Both the position numbers and the translations under genes were made by a program. The notes under the pieces are model-generated. The model worked only from the letters and a program-made list of their open reading frames with translations, was not told where the DNA came from and did no database searches. Source: Eledone cirrhosa (Eukaryota). From it: a stretch of 64,000 nt of DNA. Below are positions 37,451 to 52,689 of this stretch, one piece after another. The stretch covers positions 27,900,001 through 27,964,000 of the forward strand of contig OZ024752.1 of assembly GCA_964016885.1 (NCBI GenBank), written 5' to 3'. Numbering within the stretch: position 1 is the first letter of the stretch; each line of letters opens with the position of its first letter.

Positions 37451-39809
37451 AACAGCCATACTCTTGAGCTAACCAATACAATATGAATAGGCAGGGGAAA
37501 TCTAAGTCAATTGACAATATATAGTAATCTAAGTTCCCGAATAAACTTCGTAAAGTAGACATGTATTCAAAATTAGTGATGCAAGAACAAAGAAAAATAA
37601 ATAAAACAGGGTAAATACGAATTAAAATTAGGTAAAAACAGGAAAAGTATGATGGTTTGTAATTATGTACGGACATATTGATGGGGCTGTGCAAGTTAAG
37701 TTGGTACATGAATCACAGAGTTCTACTTAGTGAAGTGTATAAAAATGGTAACTTCCTGTTTTGCTAAAAGATGGGAGATGCTGCCTGGCTTCTTTTAGGT
37801 GTCTGAGATGGAATTTAGATTTGTACTAACATGACCAGATTAGTTCTGATATACAATTAAGCGTTCGCCGAAGTGTAATAGAATTGCCAACATCTCAACT
37901 ACAAGCTAACATTTCATTATAGTCTTCCGCACTGCATATGACACTCCATTTAATATTTACACTTTTGGGTGGTTTGGCAGTATCGGTAATGGTCGGACGC
38001 CATGTTTTCCATCATAGAGGCACGTCCCTTTACGGCCTGAGTTCAAATCCCGCCAAGGTTAGCTTTGCCTTTCATCTGGGATAATTGTTGGCCTTGTGTC
38101 AAATGTAGAAATAATTATTATACATAGCTGGATAATCTTGTATTCCCTCATTCGTCGCTGCCCATACACGAGTATGTATGCGTATGTGTGCGTGTGTGTG
38201 TGTGTATGTCTGTCTATCTGTGTATGTGTATATGTGTGTGTGTATGTGTGTGTGCGTCTGTGTATGTTTTTCAAACAATTGATAGGCATGAATTTTCAAA
38301 TAAGCCAATGTATGATTTGAGTGTATGGTTGTTGTCATTAATGGCATTCTAGTGGTGTAAATCAGATTTGAAAAAACACACACCGGCGACTGTGAAGTTA
38401 CCGGTGTTGATACCATTGTTATTTGGGGATACATTTGTGTTGTTTTCCGATAGGTTCTTGATGTAGCTGGGAAGAGTAAGTGTAGCATAATCTTGGGTAA
38501 AGCTATTGTTTCAATACACGGTTTTAGTATATATGATTTGGCGGAATGTGTTTCTGTAATAAAGCGCAGGCAATTTTGTCAAGATTTGTGCAGAAAGAGA
38601 GGTCAAACGAAAGGGCGATCAAATAATTTTATTGTTTCCTCTATTGCTGATTTTTGTGTAATTTACTTTGAGTTAGACCATTTATTTTCTCTGTTAACGC
38701 TTCGTAACTTGAATTGTTTATTATAGAATTGCAGTTATCTGAAGAGATGTTGGATAGGAATCGACGTACATACTTAAACATGTTTTAACGATGAAAGAGG
38801 ATTAGAGGTTATTTCTATTTTTAATGTATGTGCGCTTGTTGTAAAGTTCATAGGCTGACGAAAATACTCTCACAAATTGAAAAAATTAGGTTTATTATTC
38901 AACATAGTCCCTGGAAGGAAACGCTGCAATTATTAACAGGAAAAGTTGAAATTACTGCATGCAAGATTTCACAGCTCTATTATAACCCTGTCATAGTCAG
39001 CCTATGAACGTTCCAACTGACCCTCATATAATATCAATTCGTTTGGTTTTCTCAAATTGAGCAGCTACGTGTGTCTACGATTAGTTCTATATAGAAGAAT
39101 TTAACAATATTTTATTGTCTACACGGATAGAAAGTCTAAGTTTTTAAATCAATTAAGAATATTTTTCAATATAATTTTTTTTTTTGTAATATTCTTATTT
39201 TCTGTACATCATCACAAAATAGACCAGATTTCACGTTAAACTTTGTGTGAGGAAACTGCAATATATAAAAATTTAATATCAAGAGAATATTACAAGACAC
39301 TAACGAATGTCTGGCATGAAATAAGATATAATTTTCTAGGTTACTGATTGTGGTGAAGACGTTTGCAAACGCAGCCGTTTTAAGAGTACGGATGTGGGAT
39401 AGAATATTAAATTGAATGTTACAACTACACTATGTCAATATATTGAAATTTCTGATTATTTGCATTATTTAACTAATCGATTACTAACACCTACATAGGT
39501 ATATAAAGGGTAAAAACACCCATCGATCACAAATGATCATAGGATTTGAAACTAGAAAGCTCCTCACCAAGGGGATAAATTCGGGTAAGGTTGCTTATGG
39601 AACATCACCAATGCATACCAACGTCCCCTCTCCACGCCACCAATATTGTCCAAGGGAAACGACATTGGCCAATATAACTTGACACCAGTGACGTCGCAAC
39701 TCATTTCTACAGCAGAGTAATGTGGGGCAACGCTTTATCCATACATCACACATATAAAAATATACTAGAAAATATGTAAATCAAAATATAAATAGAGAAT
39801 AAACAATAA

Positions 39810-39893
<84 letters not shown>

Positions 39894-40010
39894 TGTTATA
39901 ATTTTGGAGGGTCATGTTGCCAGTAAAAGCACACGCACCTGTTGGGTTTCACTTCAATTTAATATAAATTTCCGTTTTGTTGGTTCGATAACTGGAAGGT
40001 TTTTTATATA

Positions 40011-40057
40011 TTGTCTAAGCTCTTTCGTCACACATTCTGTGACCTCCTCAGTGACTA
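40011..40057 (-). ncRNA. Hammerhead-like motif (family also at 28943-28984 + and truncated at ~6502-6532)
   Basis: tagtca CTGAGGA g gtcac-agaatgt-gtgac GAA AG-ag-CT T agacaa; imperfect stems I and III. Confidence 0.5.
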
Positions 40058-40298
40058 GGCTTTTATTTTGCGTGTCTCTCCTTTCTTCTGTCCTACACCG
40101 TCTTGTTTTTGTGTGTTGTGTGTTGTGTGTTTAGTTTGCACGTACGTTGCAGCCGGGTGTGCGTGTGTGTATGTCTGTGTGTATTTCTCACAAAATATAA
40201 CAATATCTGTTTCAAACACGTTGTTAGATGAGATATCTCGCAAAACAAATTCAAAAAGAATTCTCAAAATAAAAAAATATATATACATATATATATAT

Positions 40299-41312
40299 CT
40301 AGGGCGGATAAAATTCCCGAGATCCATGGACGAGTTCTTAACAGCGGTCTGTGTCCCTCATTATCGCTGCCCTGTCCTGTGTCTGACCAACAGACCAGTG
40401 TCTGACCTTAGGGCATCAACATATGTTAACCTCGGTCTTCCTCTTCCAGTGTGTCCATGTAGGGACTCCCACAGAAGCACTGAGTGCAATGTCAACTCTG
40501 GATGTCGGTTAGCATGTCCAGCTAACCTCAGTCTCCTCTGTGTCACTTTTGAGCTGACTTTGGGAGGTTTCCCGTACAGTTCTGAGTCTTTCATCCTCAG
40601 TATATACTGATTAATGTTCAGAGCTATCCTCAGCATTCTCGTGTAGCACCCATCCACCATCTGAGTGAGTTTCTTGGTCAGTGTCCAAGTCTCAGACCCG
40701 TACAGCAGCACAGACTCCACTACAGCAATGAAGAGGCGGATATTCAGGTCTTTACGAAGATCAGACTTCCACACTGATCTCAAGCTCCAGGCTTTGCTCT
40801 TCCTCTCGACCACATCATCTTCCGTATTCCCAATCTTTGCTCCCAAATACAGGAAGTCCTCAACCAATTCTTTGGCTTACCGCCTACATTAGTAATCTTC
40901 TCAGGCTTCTTAACATTCTCTACCAGATATTTTGTTTTAGTCTCATTCATTCTTAGCCCCACACTCATCGACACAGTCTCAACCTCCCGCATCAAATTCT
41001 CTGCCTCCTTCACTGTATTTGTCACCAAAACTATGTCGTCGGCAAATTCAGCATCCGATATCTTTTTCACCTCAACTCTCCTGCTCTGAGCCGGTGCTAC
41101 AGTAAGGCCAGAGTCCTGGTGTTTCTCCAGTGTAAGGCGCATACAATAGTCCACTACGATGATAAAAAGTTATGGAGCCAAAGTATCTCCCTGTAACACA
41201 CCAGCCAGTATCTGAAAGAACTCTGTCATCCCATTAGGTGTAATGACTTAGGCTTTGGTGTTGGTGTAGAGCAGTGATATCAGATCCACTATCTTCTTGG
41301 GGATTCCACAAG
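40299..41312 (-). mobile_element. RTE-clade LINE, 5'-truncated, with RT domains (stop codon and frameshifts)
   Basis: GVLQGDTLAP*LF, FADDIVL, GLRMNETKTK, FLYLG, ESVLLYGSETW, RRLRLAGH, GRGRPRLTY. Confidence 0.9.
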
Positions 41313-42176
41313 GCAGTGACCGTCCACAGAATCAAAGACCTTAGCCTCATTGATGGGTTAAATAATTACCTTATTCGAGTGGCGCCGGTAAGGTATTATT
41401 AGCCATTGAAAAGAACACACACACACACACTGGGGTGGGGGTACTGAGGCTAAAGAGGCCGGAAAGGTTGCCTCGGGGTAGCGAAAGGGGCCATTGGTCC
41501 TCTTTAGCCTCAGTACTCCTACTCCAGTAACTTACAGATAGCTTTCGCCGATTTACGCTATACTAACTATTCATAGCAGCTGTGTTAGACCACAGATATG
41601 TGGTATTAATTCTTAATTCTAAATTTTTCAATTATTCTCATCTAGCAACTCATTCTGTGGCTTTGGCCGAAATATAGCAGCTGTGTTAGACTCCTTATTT
41701 CATTCTCACTTTCCAATCTTACTTTCTGTTACATCTTTCTCTCATTTTTTATTATATTCTTTTTTATTATATGTTTTCCTTGTCCCCTAATCGCATTTGA
41801 TTTACTATTTCTACAACGTCCCTCCTCCACTTTCTAAAGATACCATTTTTTGCCAGCCTCCATCTGGCCTACTTTCATACACATTCCTTAGAATCTGCCG
41901 TGTAGATTTCACCTTCTACGCTTGACCGGCTCTACCCACTCCCCTATCGTTCTACAGGCAAGTTCAGCCATCCCCACCCCGCACCCACTGCCATGATAGA
42001 CGTTTCTGTGTCCGCTACAAATTTTGATCAATCCTTTTGACAACTACAATCTTCCCATATAAGGAAGTACTCTTGAAAGGTTCGGCCATTTATTTATCAG
42101 ACTAAAACAACTCTTACTTTAGTCCAGAAATAGCCGTCGAAACGGCTTGAGCTCTGCCGTCGGGGTCATACTTTAT

Positions 42177-42249
<73 letters not shown>

Positions 42250-42982
42250 TGGTAGATCGACAGAAAAGATGCTATAATCAGAAGAAGCGAAGAATGAAAA
42301 AATAGAGGTAGAAAGATAGAGCAGAAAAGATCCATAAGTATGTAATAATCGAATGAATGATAAGAACATAAGAACTGAAAAAGTTATGGAGGAGTATAAA
42401 TGAAAATTATATAGTGAGGAGGGAAGTGGAAAGAATGACCGAAATATTGAAGGAAAGACAGTAATTAAGAAACCATGAATGAAAACGGTAGAGGGAATGA
42501 TTGAATATAATTAAGAAAAGACAGATACGGATAGAAAGAAAACTTTTTGAAAAGAAGAATGACTGACAGGAAAATAATCATTGAAACAATAGAGTGCAAC
42601 GGAGATAATTAAAGTATGTGTAGGTGGCGTTAGTGAATGTCCTTAATGTATTGAAAGATAAGTATAAAGGGAAAGTGATTACTGGGTCCGTGTTTGTTCT
42701 AAAGGTAACCTATTATTGATTGTGGATTTTAATGTTAAGTTGTATCTTCCCTGCTGTTAATTATTCGGTTGATTAGTGTATAACATCAACAGGTGAGTGA
42801 GATATGGAGATAGGAATGAGACGTGGAAAAGATAAGAGAAATAAATAAATGGTAGTGTGTGTGGTTTAATTCTCCAGGTGTCATTATGTATGTATATGTA
42901 TGTGTACATAGATAGACATATACACATGCGAATGCATACACATATATTTATATGTACACACACATACACACACACACACACA

Positions 42983-43016
<34 letters not shown>

Positions 43017-43148
43017 TATAAGTATATAAATATAAGTACTAGAAATGAAATTTCGTTTCATGTTGTTCCATATATATATATACATATATATATATATATG
43101 TACATGTAATATATAGATTATATATATGTAATATATTATGTACATGTA

Positions 43149-43180
<32 letters not shown>

Positions 43181-43215
43181 TATATATATATTATTAATAT
43201 TTATATTATATATAG

Positions 43216-43254
<39 letters not shown>

Positions 43255-43292
43255 TATATATATATTATTAATATTTATATTATATATAGATA

Positions 43293-43324
<32 letters not shown>

Positions 43325-43341
43325 ATATATATATAATATAT

Positions 43342-43890
43342 ATAATTGTTTCTACTTTTGGCACAAGGACAGACATTATCCCAGTGTATTACTGGTACTT
43401 TATTTTATCGAACCCGTAAGGATGAAAGGCAAAGTTAACCTCGGATTTGAACTCAGTCCGTAAAGGGACGTAACTGTGCTGCAAAACATGGCGTCCGACC
43501 CTCTACCGATACTGCCAATCCACCAATAAATATATATATTATGTATATAATATATATATTATCTATATTTTATATATATTATATATATAATATATATATA
43601 CAATATATATATTATATATATAATAATATATATATAATTGTTTCTACTTTTGGCACAAGGTCAGCAATTACCCCAGTGCATTACTGATACTTTATTTTAT
43701 CGACCCCGGATGGATGAAAGTCAAAGTTAACCTCGGCAAGATTTGAACTCAGAATATATGGCCCTTTACGTCCTGAGTTCAAATCCCACCGAGGTTAACT
43801 TTGCCTTTCATCCTTCCGGGGTCGATAAAAATAAAGTACCAGTAATGCACTGGAGTAATTGCTGACCGTGTGCCAAAAGTAGAAACAATT
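43342..43890. mobile_element. Cluster of three SINE family 1 copies (two -, one +)
   Basis: 43342-43524 (-), 43635-43752 (-) and 43760-43890 (+). Confidence 0.85.
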
Positions 43891-44719
43891 ACATATATAA
43901 TATATATATTACATATATATAATATATATATATCATATATATATATAATATATATATCATATATATATATAATATATATATATTATATAATATATATATA
44001 TTATATATAATATATACATTATATATATATATGGGGGGGGGTGCATGTGTGTATGCGTGCATGTGTGAATAAGATTATAGAATTTGATGTTTTCTACATT
44101 TCTCTCTCTCCTTCTTTTAATGTTGTCTACATAAAGTTTCTCTCTCACTGTCTCTCTATCACTCCCCCTCTCTCACTATCTCCCTCTCATCCCCCCCCTC
44201 TCTCTCTCACTCTCTCTCTCACTCACTGTCTCTTGCACCAGCTTTGGACCTGTAAAGGAGCAGATTTTCAATCAAGATTTGTATTCTTAGAAAACAACGA
44301 TACTATTATCACCATGCACCATTAAACGTCCTCAAAAACCTCTCCTCTCACTGCTAACCCCTCAGGTTCGCTTCACAAAAAAAACAGTAATTTACTTTGA
44401 CAATCACCATTATAATCATCATGAGAAGGAGAGATTTCATTAGCAGCACCTTCACAGCAACAACCTCCACGTCCAAGAGTGTCACAAGCTATACATTAAT
44501 AGAAGAACAATGCTGTTATTACCATTACATCTATCATTAATATCCCAAGTACAATACCTAGCACCACCATTATCTCTAAGAGGAAGACCATGAACCACCA
44601 CCCACGCCACATTAACACCAACATCAACATCACCATAGCCATTACTGCCCCGACGACGTTCGCCATTACCGCTATCACCACCAACGCCAACACACTAAAG
44701 TCAGTGTTGTGTGTGTAGC

Positions 44720-44885
44720 TGTATAGGTAATGTTTATGTTTTGCTTAGAGTATATGGAGTGTTTATTCAAGGAGCGGTGATTTTCTGTGTAGCTCTTCAA
44801 TTTTCTCTCCTATAAAAGCTCCAGGCTGAAGTGAGACCAGTGTCCAGTCTGTGAAGTAAGTCATAGCTAACACATTAGCTTTGAA
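44720..44885 (+). promoter_or_regulatory. Core promoter and 5' leader of S-crystallin B (TATAAAA 44811-44817)
   Basis: Aligns with the gene A promoter and has the same 30-nt conserved block downstream of TATA. Confidence 0.75.
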
Positions 44886-44933
44886 CATTATTACATCTAA
44901 ACCCGACCGCAAACACCAATAAAAAAACCAACC

Positions 44934-45066
44934 ATGCCTTCCTACACTCTCCACTACTTCAACCACCGTGGCCGTGCTGAGATCTGCCGTATGCTCTTTG
45001 CAGCTGCTGGTGTCCAGTACAATGACCGCAGGATCGAAAACTCCGATTGGGACAACATGAGAAACA
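44934..45066 (+). CDS. S-crystallin B exon 1 ([44 protein letters not shown])
   Basis: Start of ORF 44934..45383; donor GTATGT at 45067. Confidence 0.95.
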
Positions 45067-45147
45067 GTATGTATCATTGTATCGTAATATATAAACCTGT
45101 CATTCACACATACACACACACACACACAAACACAAACGTACACACAG

Positions 45148-45180
<33 letters not shown>

Positions 45181-45559
45181 GAAGTGGTTACACAACAGTT
45201 AGTTCACATATATGTATATCTCGGGTTCAATCGAGCTTTCCTGATGATTTCTCCCAAATGAAACACTTCTGGTCCTGTAGAAGCCATTTATATATATATA
45301 TATATGTGTGTGTATGTATGTATATAAATATATATATACACGCTTACAAACATAGATGTATAGATATATATATATATGCATAAGCATAATGAACATAATT
45401 CACGTTGACAGATAAGCTTTATTTCTTGTGAATAATATCAACGATTTCTATATATAATTATATGAAACCATTGCATACCATATATTTGTATTATTCTTAA
45501 AAATCATGTCCTAGACTGCAAATTATACTTAGTCCTACAATTCAGAAATTATGAATATG

Positions 45560-45861
45560 TTTCTGTACTTTCCCGCTTCAAATTCTATAAAACCAAACTT
45601 TAATCTATAAAATTCTAAACATATTTTCTTATTACAACTACATAGAAGAGCTGATTCTCTCAAAATGATTGTCAGGTGACAATATGAGAACTGTTAACGT
45701 CGAGATTATGACTATTTATCCGTACATTTCCCGATTCAAATTCTATAAAACCAAATTTTAATGTATTAAATTCTAAACATATTTTCTTATAACAACTACT
45801 TAGAGGAGCTGAGTCCCTCAAAATGATTGTCACGTGACAATATGAGAACTGCTAACGTCGA
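45560..45861 (+). repeat. 158-nt tandem duplication in gene B intron 1
   Basis: cccg.ttcaaattctataaaacc at 45572 and 45730. Confidence 0.85.
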
Positions 45862-46300
45862 ACGGTTGACGATGCTGAAGATTATTCATGAAATGATTTG
45901 GCTGTTCTTCCATATAGTTACATGGTAGAACACTGGAGACACAAAACTATAGTGAACACAATAGATAGTTACAGACATATCGCGCATTCAAAAGTTAATT
46001 TCATGCTTCACACTTGGTCACAGATTATGACGTAATTATTTTCTTTAAATAGATGAATCGATGTTCGTATTAAAGACAACAAAAATGGTTACAGTATAAC
46101 AAGCTAAATATAATATATGTATATATATGTAAATATATTTAAATATATATAATATATATTATATATATATATGTAAAATAAAGTACCAGTAATGTACTGG
46201 TTAATTGCTGGCCTTGTGCCTAAAATAGAAACAATTATATATTTATATGTATATATGTGTGAATGCATACGTATATATGTATATATATTTATATATATAC

Positions 46301-46343
<43 letters not shown>

Positions 46344-46455
46344 TAAGAGGAATTCCACCTTTGTCTGAATTACTCGTTTTATTTACAATCCTTTAAAATT
46401 TATAATGGTATTACAATGAAATAGTACGATAGAATATTAAATTCTAAGTGTTAAT

Positions 46456-46494
46456 TGAACAAGTACTTTCATGCTTTCGCAATCTTCAGGTTCA
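46456..46494 (-). ncRNA. Minimal hammerhead ribozyme
   Basis: TGAAC CTGAAGA ttgc-gaaa-gcat GAA AGTACT T GTTCA. Confidence 0.75.
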
Positions 46495-46574
46495 TGATAT
46501 GTGGTGACAGTCAAGTTTGCAGTTTACAATTTTTGACAGTTGAAAATTGCAAACTTGACTGTCACCACATATCA

Positions 46575-46613
46575 TGAACCTGAAGATTACGAAAGCATGA
46601 AAGTACTTGTTCA
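46575..46613 (+). ncRNA. Minimal hammerhead ribozyme (sense in gene B intron 1)
   Basis: TGAAC CTGAAGA ttac-gaaa-gcat GAA AGTACT T GTTCA; one stem II mismatch. Confidence 0.68.
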
Positions 46614-46779
46614 ATTAACACTTAGAATTTAATATTCTACCATACTATTTCATTATAATACCATTATAAATTTTAAAGGATTGTAAATAAAACGAGTAAA
46701 TCAGACAAAGTTGGAATTCCTCTTATTAATATAATCTTCTATACACAATCATACACGCCCGTGTATATTTATCTATCTA

Positions 46780-46829
<50 letters not shown>

Positions 46830-46919
46830 TATATATATATACATATATATATATGTATACATATATATATATATATATATATATATGTGTATATATATAC
46901 ATATATATATATGTATATA

Positions 46920-47017
<98 letters not shown>

Positions 47018-47056
47018 AATAAGAAATTAAAAGATGGTTAAAAAAATATATATGTA

Positions 47057-47117
<61 letters not shown>

Positions 47118-47430
47118 CCCCGATTATGCGCATTTCGAAAACAACATCATCCTGGGACAAAAATTGTGTTCTAATCAGATAAAATAAGGTAACATGACAT
47201 GAGGCCTAAAAACACTTGTAAACAAGAAAGTGTCCATCCAACATAGCTTGACTGGACACAATTCTTTTCCCAGGATGATGTTGTTTTCGAAGTGCGCATA
47301 ATAAAATCTATGGAACTTTTTTAACCATCTTTTAATTTCTTCTTTATATATACTCCAGTTCTACCAAATGCCGAGTGCTACTTGACTGATATATGCATAG
47401 ATTTATTGTTCTACAATATTACTCACCTCC

Positions 47431-47529
<99 letters not shown>

Positions 47530-47567
47530 ATACTTGGGGAGGGTCATATTTGTGTAATTCATCGCCG

Positions 47568-47635
<68 letters not shown>

Positions 47636-47771
47636 CGGAAAAAATGTGGTAGGGAACCAGGTGGACCATAACGTACCAAAGTACTGAATACTTAGGGTAG
47701 TAGAGTGGGTAATAGGAACGAGTAGGACCCCGACGGCTGAGCTGAAGCCGTTTCGACGGCTAATTCTGGAC

Positions 47772-47814
<43 letters not shown>

Positions 47815-47816
47815 GT

Positions 47817-47941
<125 letters not shown>

Positions 47942-48023
47942 GTTATTCCGGGTTGAATCGGAGGTAACCACAGTAAGTAAGGTACTCAATACATTGCAGA
48001 GTATAAAAGTTTTAATATAGATG

Positions 48024-48128
48024 AGATTCTACAGGACTAGAACTGTTTCATTCTTTAGAAATCATCAGGAATCTGAGATTCCTGATGATTTCTAAAGAAT
48101 GAAACAGTTCTAGTCCTGTAGAATCTCA
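48024..48128. ncRNA. Back-to-back pair of type I hammerheads (48024-48074 -, 48074-48128 +)
   Basis: Plus copy: TGAGATTC CTGATGA tttctaaagaat GAA ACAG-ttctagtc-CTGT A GAATCTCA, with a perfect 8-bp stem I. Confidence 0.85.
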
Positions 48129-48134
48129 TCTATA

Positions 48135-48190
<56 letters not shown>

Positions 48191-48412
48191 TACATATATA
48201 TATATTATAAGAGGAATTCCAACTTTGAATGATTTACTCATTTTATTTACAATCCTTGAAAATTTATAATGAAATAGTATAATAGAATATTAAATGTTAA
48301 GGTTAATTGAACATGTCAATTGAACAAGTTAATTGTACAAGTTAATTGACAGTCAAGTTTGCAATTTTCAACTCAGTTGAAAATTGCAAACTTGACTGTC
48401 ACCACCACATTA

Positions 48413-48451
48413 TGAACCTGAAGATTGCGAAAGCATGAAAGTACTCGTTCA
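48413..48451 (+). ncRNA. Minimal hammerhead ribozyme (sense in gene B intron 1)
   Basis: TGAAC CTGAAGA ttgc-gaaa-gcat GAA AGTACT C GTTCA; palindromic stem III, CUC triplet. Confidence 0.85.
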
Positions 48452-48681
48452 ATTAACACTTAACATTTAATATTCTATCATGCTATTTCATTATAATACC
48501 ATTATAAATGTTAAAGGATTGTAAATAAAACGAGTAAATCAGACAAAGTTGGAATTCCTCTTATTAATATAATCTTCTATACACAATCATACACACCCGT
48601 GTATATTTATCTATCTATATATATATATGTAAGTATGTATGTATACGTACATACATATATGTATACAGACGTACAGTAGCA

Positions 48682-48754
<73 letters not shown>

Positions 48755-49246
48755 ACATATACATACAGGCACACATATATATATGCACGTATCAGTTTAC
48801 AGAACATTTATTATAATGTTCGCTTTGTTCGTTTGTAAATAAACGAACAGCCTGATTTACGCCGTACAGTGTTCAGGCAACCACGTCACCTTTTTTGTTC
48901 AACACTGACACAGGAACGATGTACTAGTTTCAAGGTTGTTAGCTATCGTCAGCACCGTATACCTTTCTGCCAGATGGTTGAACGTCCGAAAGTATATACT
49001 TTCCTTATGAAAATTAACGGCTGAGCAGCCTAATTTGCATATCGAGTGAGTTCATTCGGCCAGGCGCACCGTAAACTGATACGTGCATATATATATGTTT
49101 GCCTGTATGTATATATATATATATATATATATATGCATGCTACTGTACGTCTGTATACATATATATATGTACGTATACATACATACTTACATTTAAGTAA
49201 ATGCCGTACTAAGAGTGAGAAATGAAATTTCGTTTCGTTCTATTCC

Positions 49247-49443
<197 letters not shown>

Positions 49444-49502
49444 TATATAAATATATATACATATATATATATATACATATATATACATATATATGTATAT
49501 AT

Positions 49503-49559
<57 letters not shown>

Positions 49560-49697
49560 AATATAGACATAGAATATTCGAAAATATTCTGTATGTTTAT
49601 AATAAACATACAGAATATTTTCGAATATTCTATGTCTATATTCACATATATATCGCTATTTCAGAGCATTTATTCCAATATATATATATATATATAA

Positions 49698-49774
<77 letters not shown>

Positions 49775-50027
49775 TAGGTATATATATACATATATAGGTA
49801 TATATATACATATACAAACATAAATTATCGAGAGTCGCATTTCGGACCACGAAATAACGAAAAACAACCTCCGAGATGTGCGGCAAGTGCTCAATGATTC
49901 AGATGAACCAGAGCTATAACAAACGTTAAAGGCCAAACACACTGAGACGATCGTTAAACAATCATTCGCATAGCCAAAAAAAACGATCAAGTAATTCGGG
50001 TACTGAAAATATTTCGGGTATTGAAAA

Positions 50028-50111
50028 ATATATATATATATACATATATACATATATACATATATACATATATATACATATATACATATACATACACGTA
50101 CATATATACAT

Positions 50112-50198
<87 letters not shown>

Positions 50199-50209
50199 TA
50201 TATACATAC

Positions 50210-50242
<33 letters not shown>

Positions 50243-50319
50243 CATATATATATACATATATATATATAAACATATATATATACACATATATATATACATA
50301 TATAGATAGGTAGATATAC

Positions 50320-50350
<31 letters not shown>

Positions 50351-50388
50351 GATTATACATATATATACATATTCATATATATATATAT

Positions 50389-50419
<31 letters not shown>

Positions 50420-50590
50420 GATATACATATATATATACATATATATATATATATGTATATATATATCTATACATATACATATATATATATACATATACAT
50501 ATATATACACACATATATATAGATATACATATATATATACATATACACATATATATAGATATATATATATATATACTCATATATATATAC

Positions 50591-50621
<31 letters not shown>

Positions 50622-50665
50622 CATATGTGTATATATATGTATATCTATATCTATATATGTATATA

Positions 50666-50696
<31 letters not shown>

Positions 50697-50704
50697 GTAT
50701 ATTT

Positions 50705-50747
<43 letters not shown>

Positions 50748-50754
50748 GTATATT

Positions 50755-50835
<81 letters not shown>
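50028..50835. repeat. Long imperfect (TA)n/(TACA)n microsatellite, representative of dozens (e.g. 3745-4197, 19088-19392, 49250-49556, 53770-54040)
   Basis: Directly visible simple repeats. Confidence 0.97.
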
Positions 50836-51048
50836 TACTCGTTTACCAGTTCCAGCCATCCGGCTGAGACCATTCTGGAGCACCGTGTGTCTGTATGTGT
50901 ATATGTATGCCAGTGCGTGGGTGTTTGTTTTATAGTTATTCTTGTAATACCGAGATAAATCTTAACATAGATGTATATTAGATGAATATTTTAACAAAAC
51001 TGTAAAAAACTCAGTTATTAATTGTTATATTTTGTCTTTGTTTTTTAG

Positions 51049-51144
51049 GGATGCCATGTTACATGATGCCGATGTTGGAATTGGACAACAGAACCCAAAT
51101 TCCCCAGAGTATGGCTATGGCCAGATATCTTGCCAGAGAATTTG
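51049..51144 (+). CDS. S-crystallin B exon 2 ([32 protein letters not shown])
   Basis: Acceptor ttttttag, donor gtaagt; 96 nt. Confidence 0.95.
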
Positions 51145-52410
51145 GTAAGTGTACTATTCTTTATTCTCTCTCACTGTTTTTCACATTATGTATATTTCTA
51201 CCTATCTATAGCTTTTCTCTATTTCGTCTCCCTATATCCACATTTCCCAATACACATATCTATGCTAGATCTATACCCATGCGCCCCTCTAGCTATACAA
51301 GTCATGTATTTCAGTGAGATGGAGAAAAATATATAACGTTAACTCACTATTTTAGTGAATCAACTTACTGTGATCTGATCCTCATAACATATACGAACAT
51401 AAGAGTGATTTTAGCCATACTGCGAAAACAAATAATAAACTATTTCGGAAAAGCAAATAATCAGTATTATAAATGTAGCGAAATATCTTGATCTTTTGAA
51501 TTTTCAGTAAATATGCTGAAACGAAGACATTGAGGATCAAATTTGATGCCGAGGTTTACCAAATTATTCCTTCTGTCCATTCTATCAGTGTAGTGAATAA
51601 ACACCTGAACACCATTCAGTCCATAAAGAAATAAATTTTACGTATCAAATATGTTTTCACATAAGCACTGGTTTCCCTTCCTAAATTTGTCTTCAGCATA
51701 TCTTTGTGATATTGTTAAGATTTGAACATGAGTTGTGTCTCTTGTTATGGCAACAACAACATTAACATTAACTATATAAGTGGTTGCGTCCCTTTACATG
51801 AAAAGGATATAAGCGACAATGATTTCACCGTGATCTGCACATATGTCACTTCAGCACAAATGCAACACGAAAAATACCCTTTGATAAGCTTAAATGAATG
51901 TAAACCGGTTAGTATATGAATATAAATAAATAGTATTACTATTACTCCTTTGAACCTTAAAGTAAATACGATAATATACTCGCGTATATTTCTAGGATAA
52001 ATTTAAAAATAAAATTAAAAATTATAAACAATTTAATATTTAGTCAAACATATAGAAAAAAAAAGTAGTCTTATAAAAGAGAAGATAAGGTGGGAAAGAG
52101 CAAGGATTATTAGGCAACAACATAAAGAAAGGGGAAGAGGAGAGAGAGTGAGAAATTATTCACCTACCATAAATCAGAATGTTAGATTAGCCATGAGACG
52201 AAGATCTACTAATTTTCCTTCAATCAGGTCCTACTATCTTACTATGTTATGTATGGACATATGTATACGTAAACAAACCAGGGAGACGTTTATATCGAAA
52301 TATTATATGATAGGATCAGCATCTAAGATTCCCTAAAATAACACTGTACTCTCCTAATGTCATAGTAAATCCGTGATGTAACGATGTAACGAAGATAAAT
52401 TCCTTTGCAG

Positions 52411-52526
52411 GTTACTATGGCAGGGACAACATGGAGATGGCCAGAATTGACTTTATCTCAGACTGTTTCTATGATATTTTGAATGATTACATGAGAATGT
52501 ACCAGGACAGCAACTGGAGAATGAGG
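52411..52526 (+). CDS. S-crystallin B exon 3 ([39 protein letters not shown])
   Basis: Acceptor cctttgcag, donor gtatgt; 116 nt. Confidence 0.95.
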
Positions 52527-52689
52527 GTATGTATAATTTTAGATGTATTCATAGAATGAATATTTACAAGATTGGATTTAATACTATAGAATAATACGTC
52601 TGTTTCAAAAGTATTTTTATTAAACAAATAGAATAAACATTTTCAATATTGTGCGTGAACGACCAAGCATAGACGAGTTGAGAGATAGA

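Larger units (their letters stand above)
46340..46790. repeat. Fold-back element with arms of about 190 bp; second copy at 48205-48615
   Basis: 46340-46530 versus 46540-46732, (TA)n-flanked, hammerhead-bearing. Confidence 0.9.

Noticed and set aside
45871-45905. CTGAAGA ttattcat GAAA as a hammerhead
   Set aside because: Stems I and II do not pair.
47124-47300. GAAATGCGCATA palindromic stem III-like motif
   Set aside because: No CUGANGA-type core is present; kept only as an inverted repeat.
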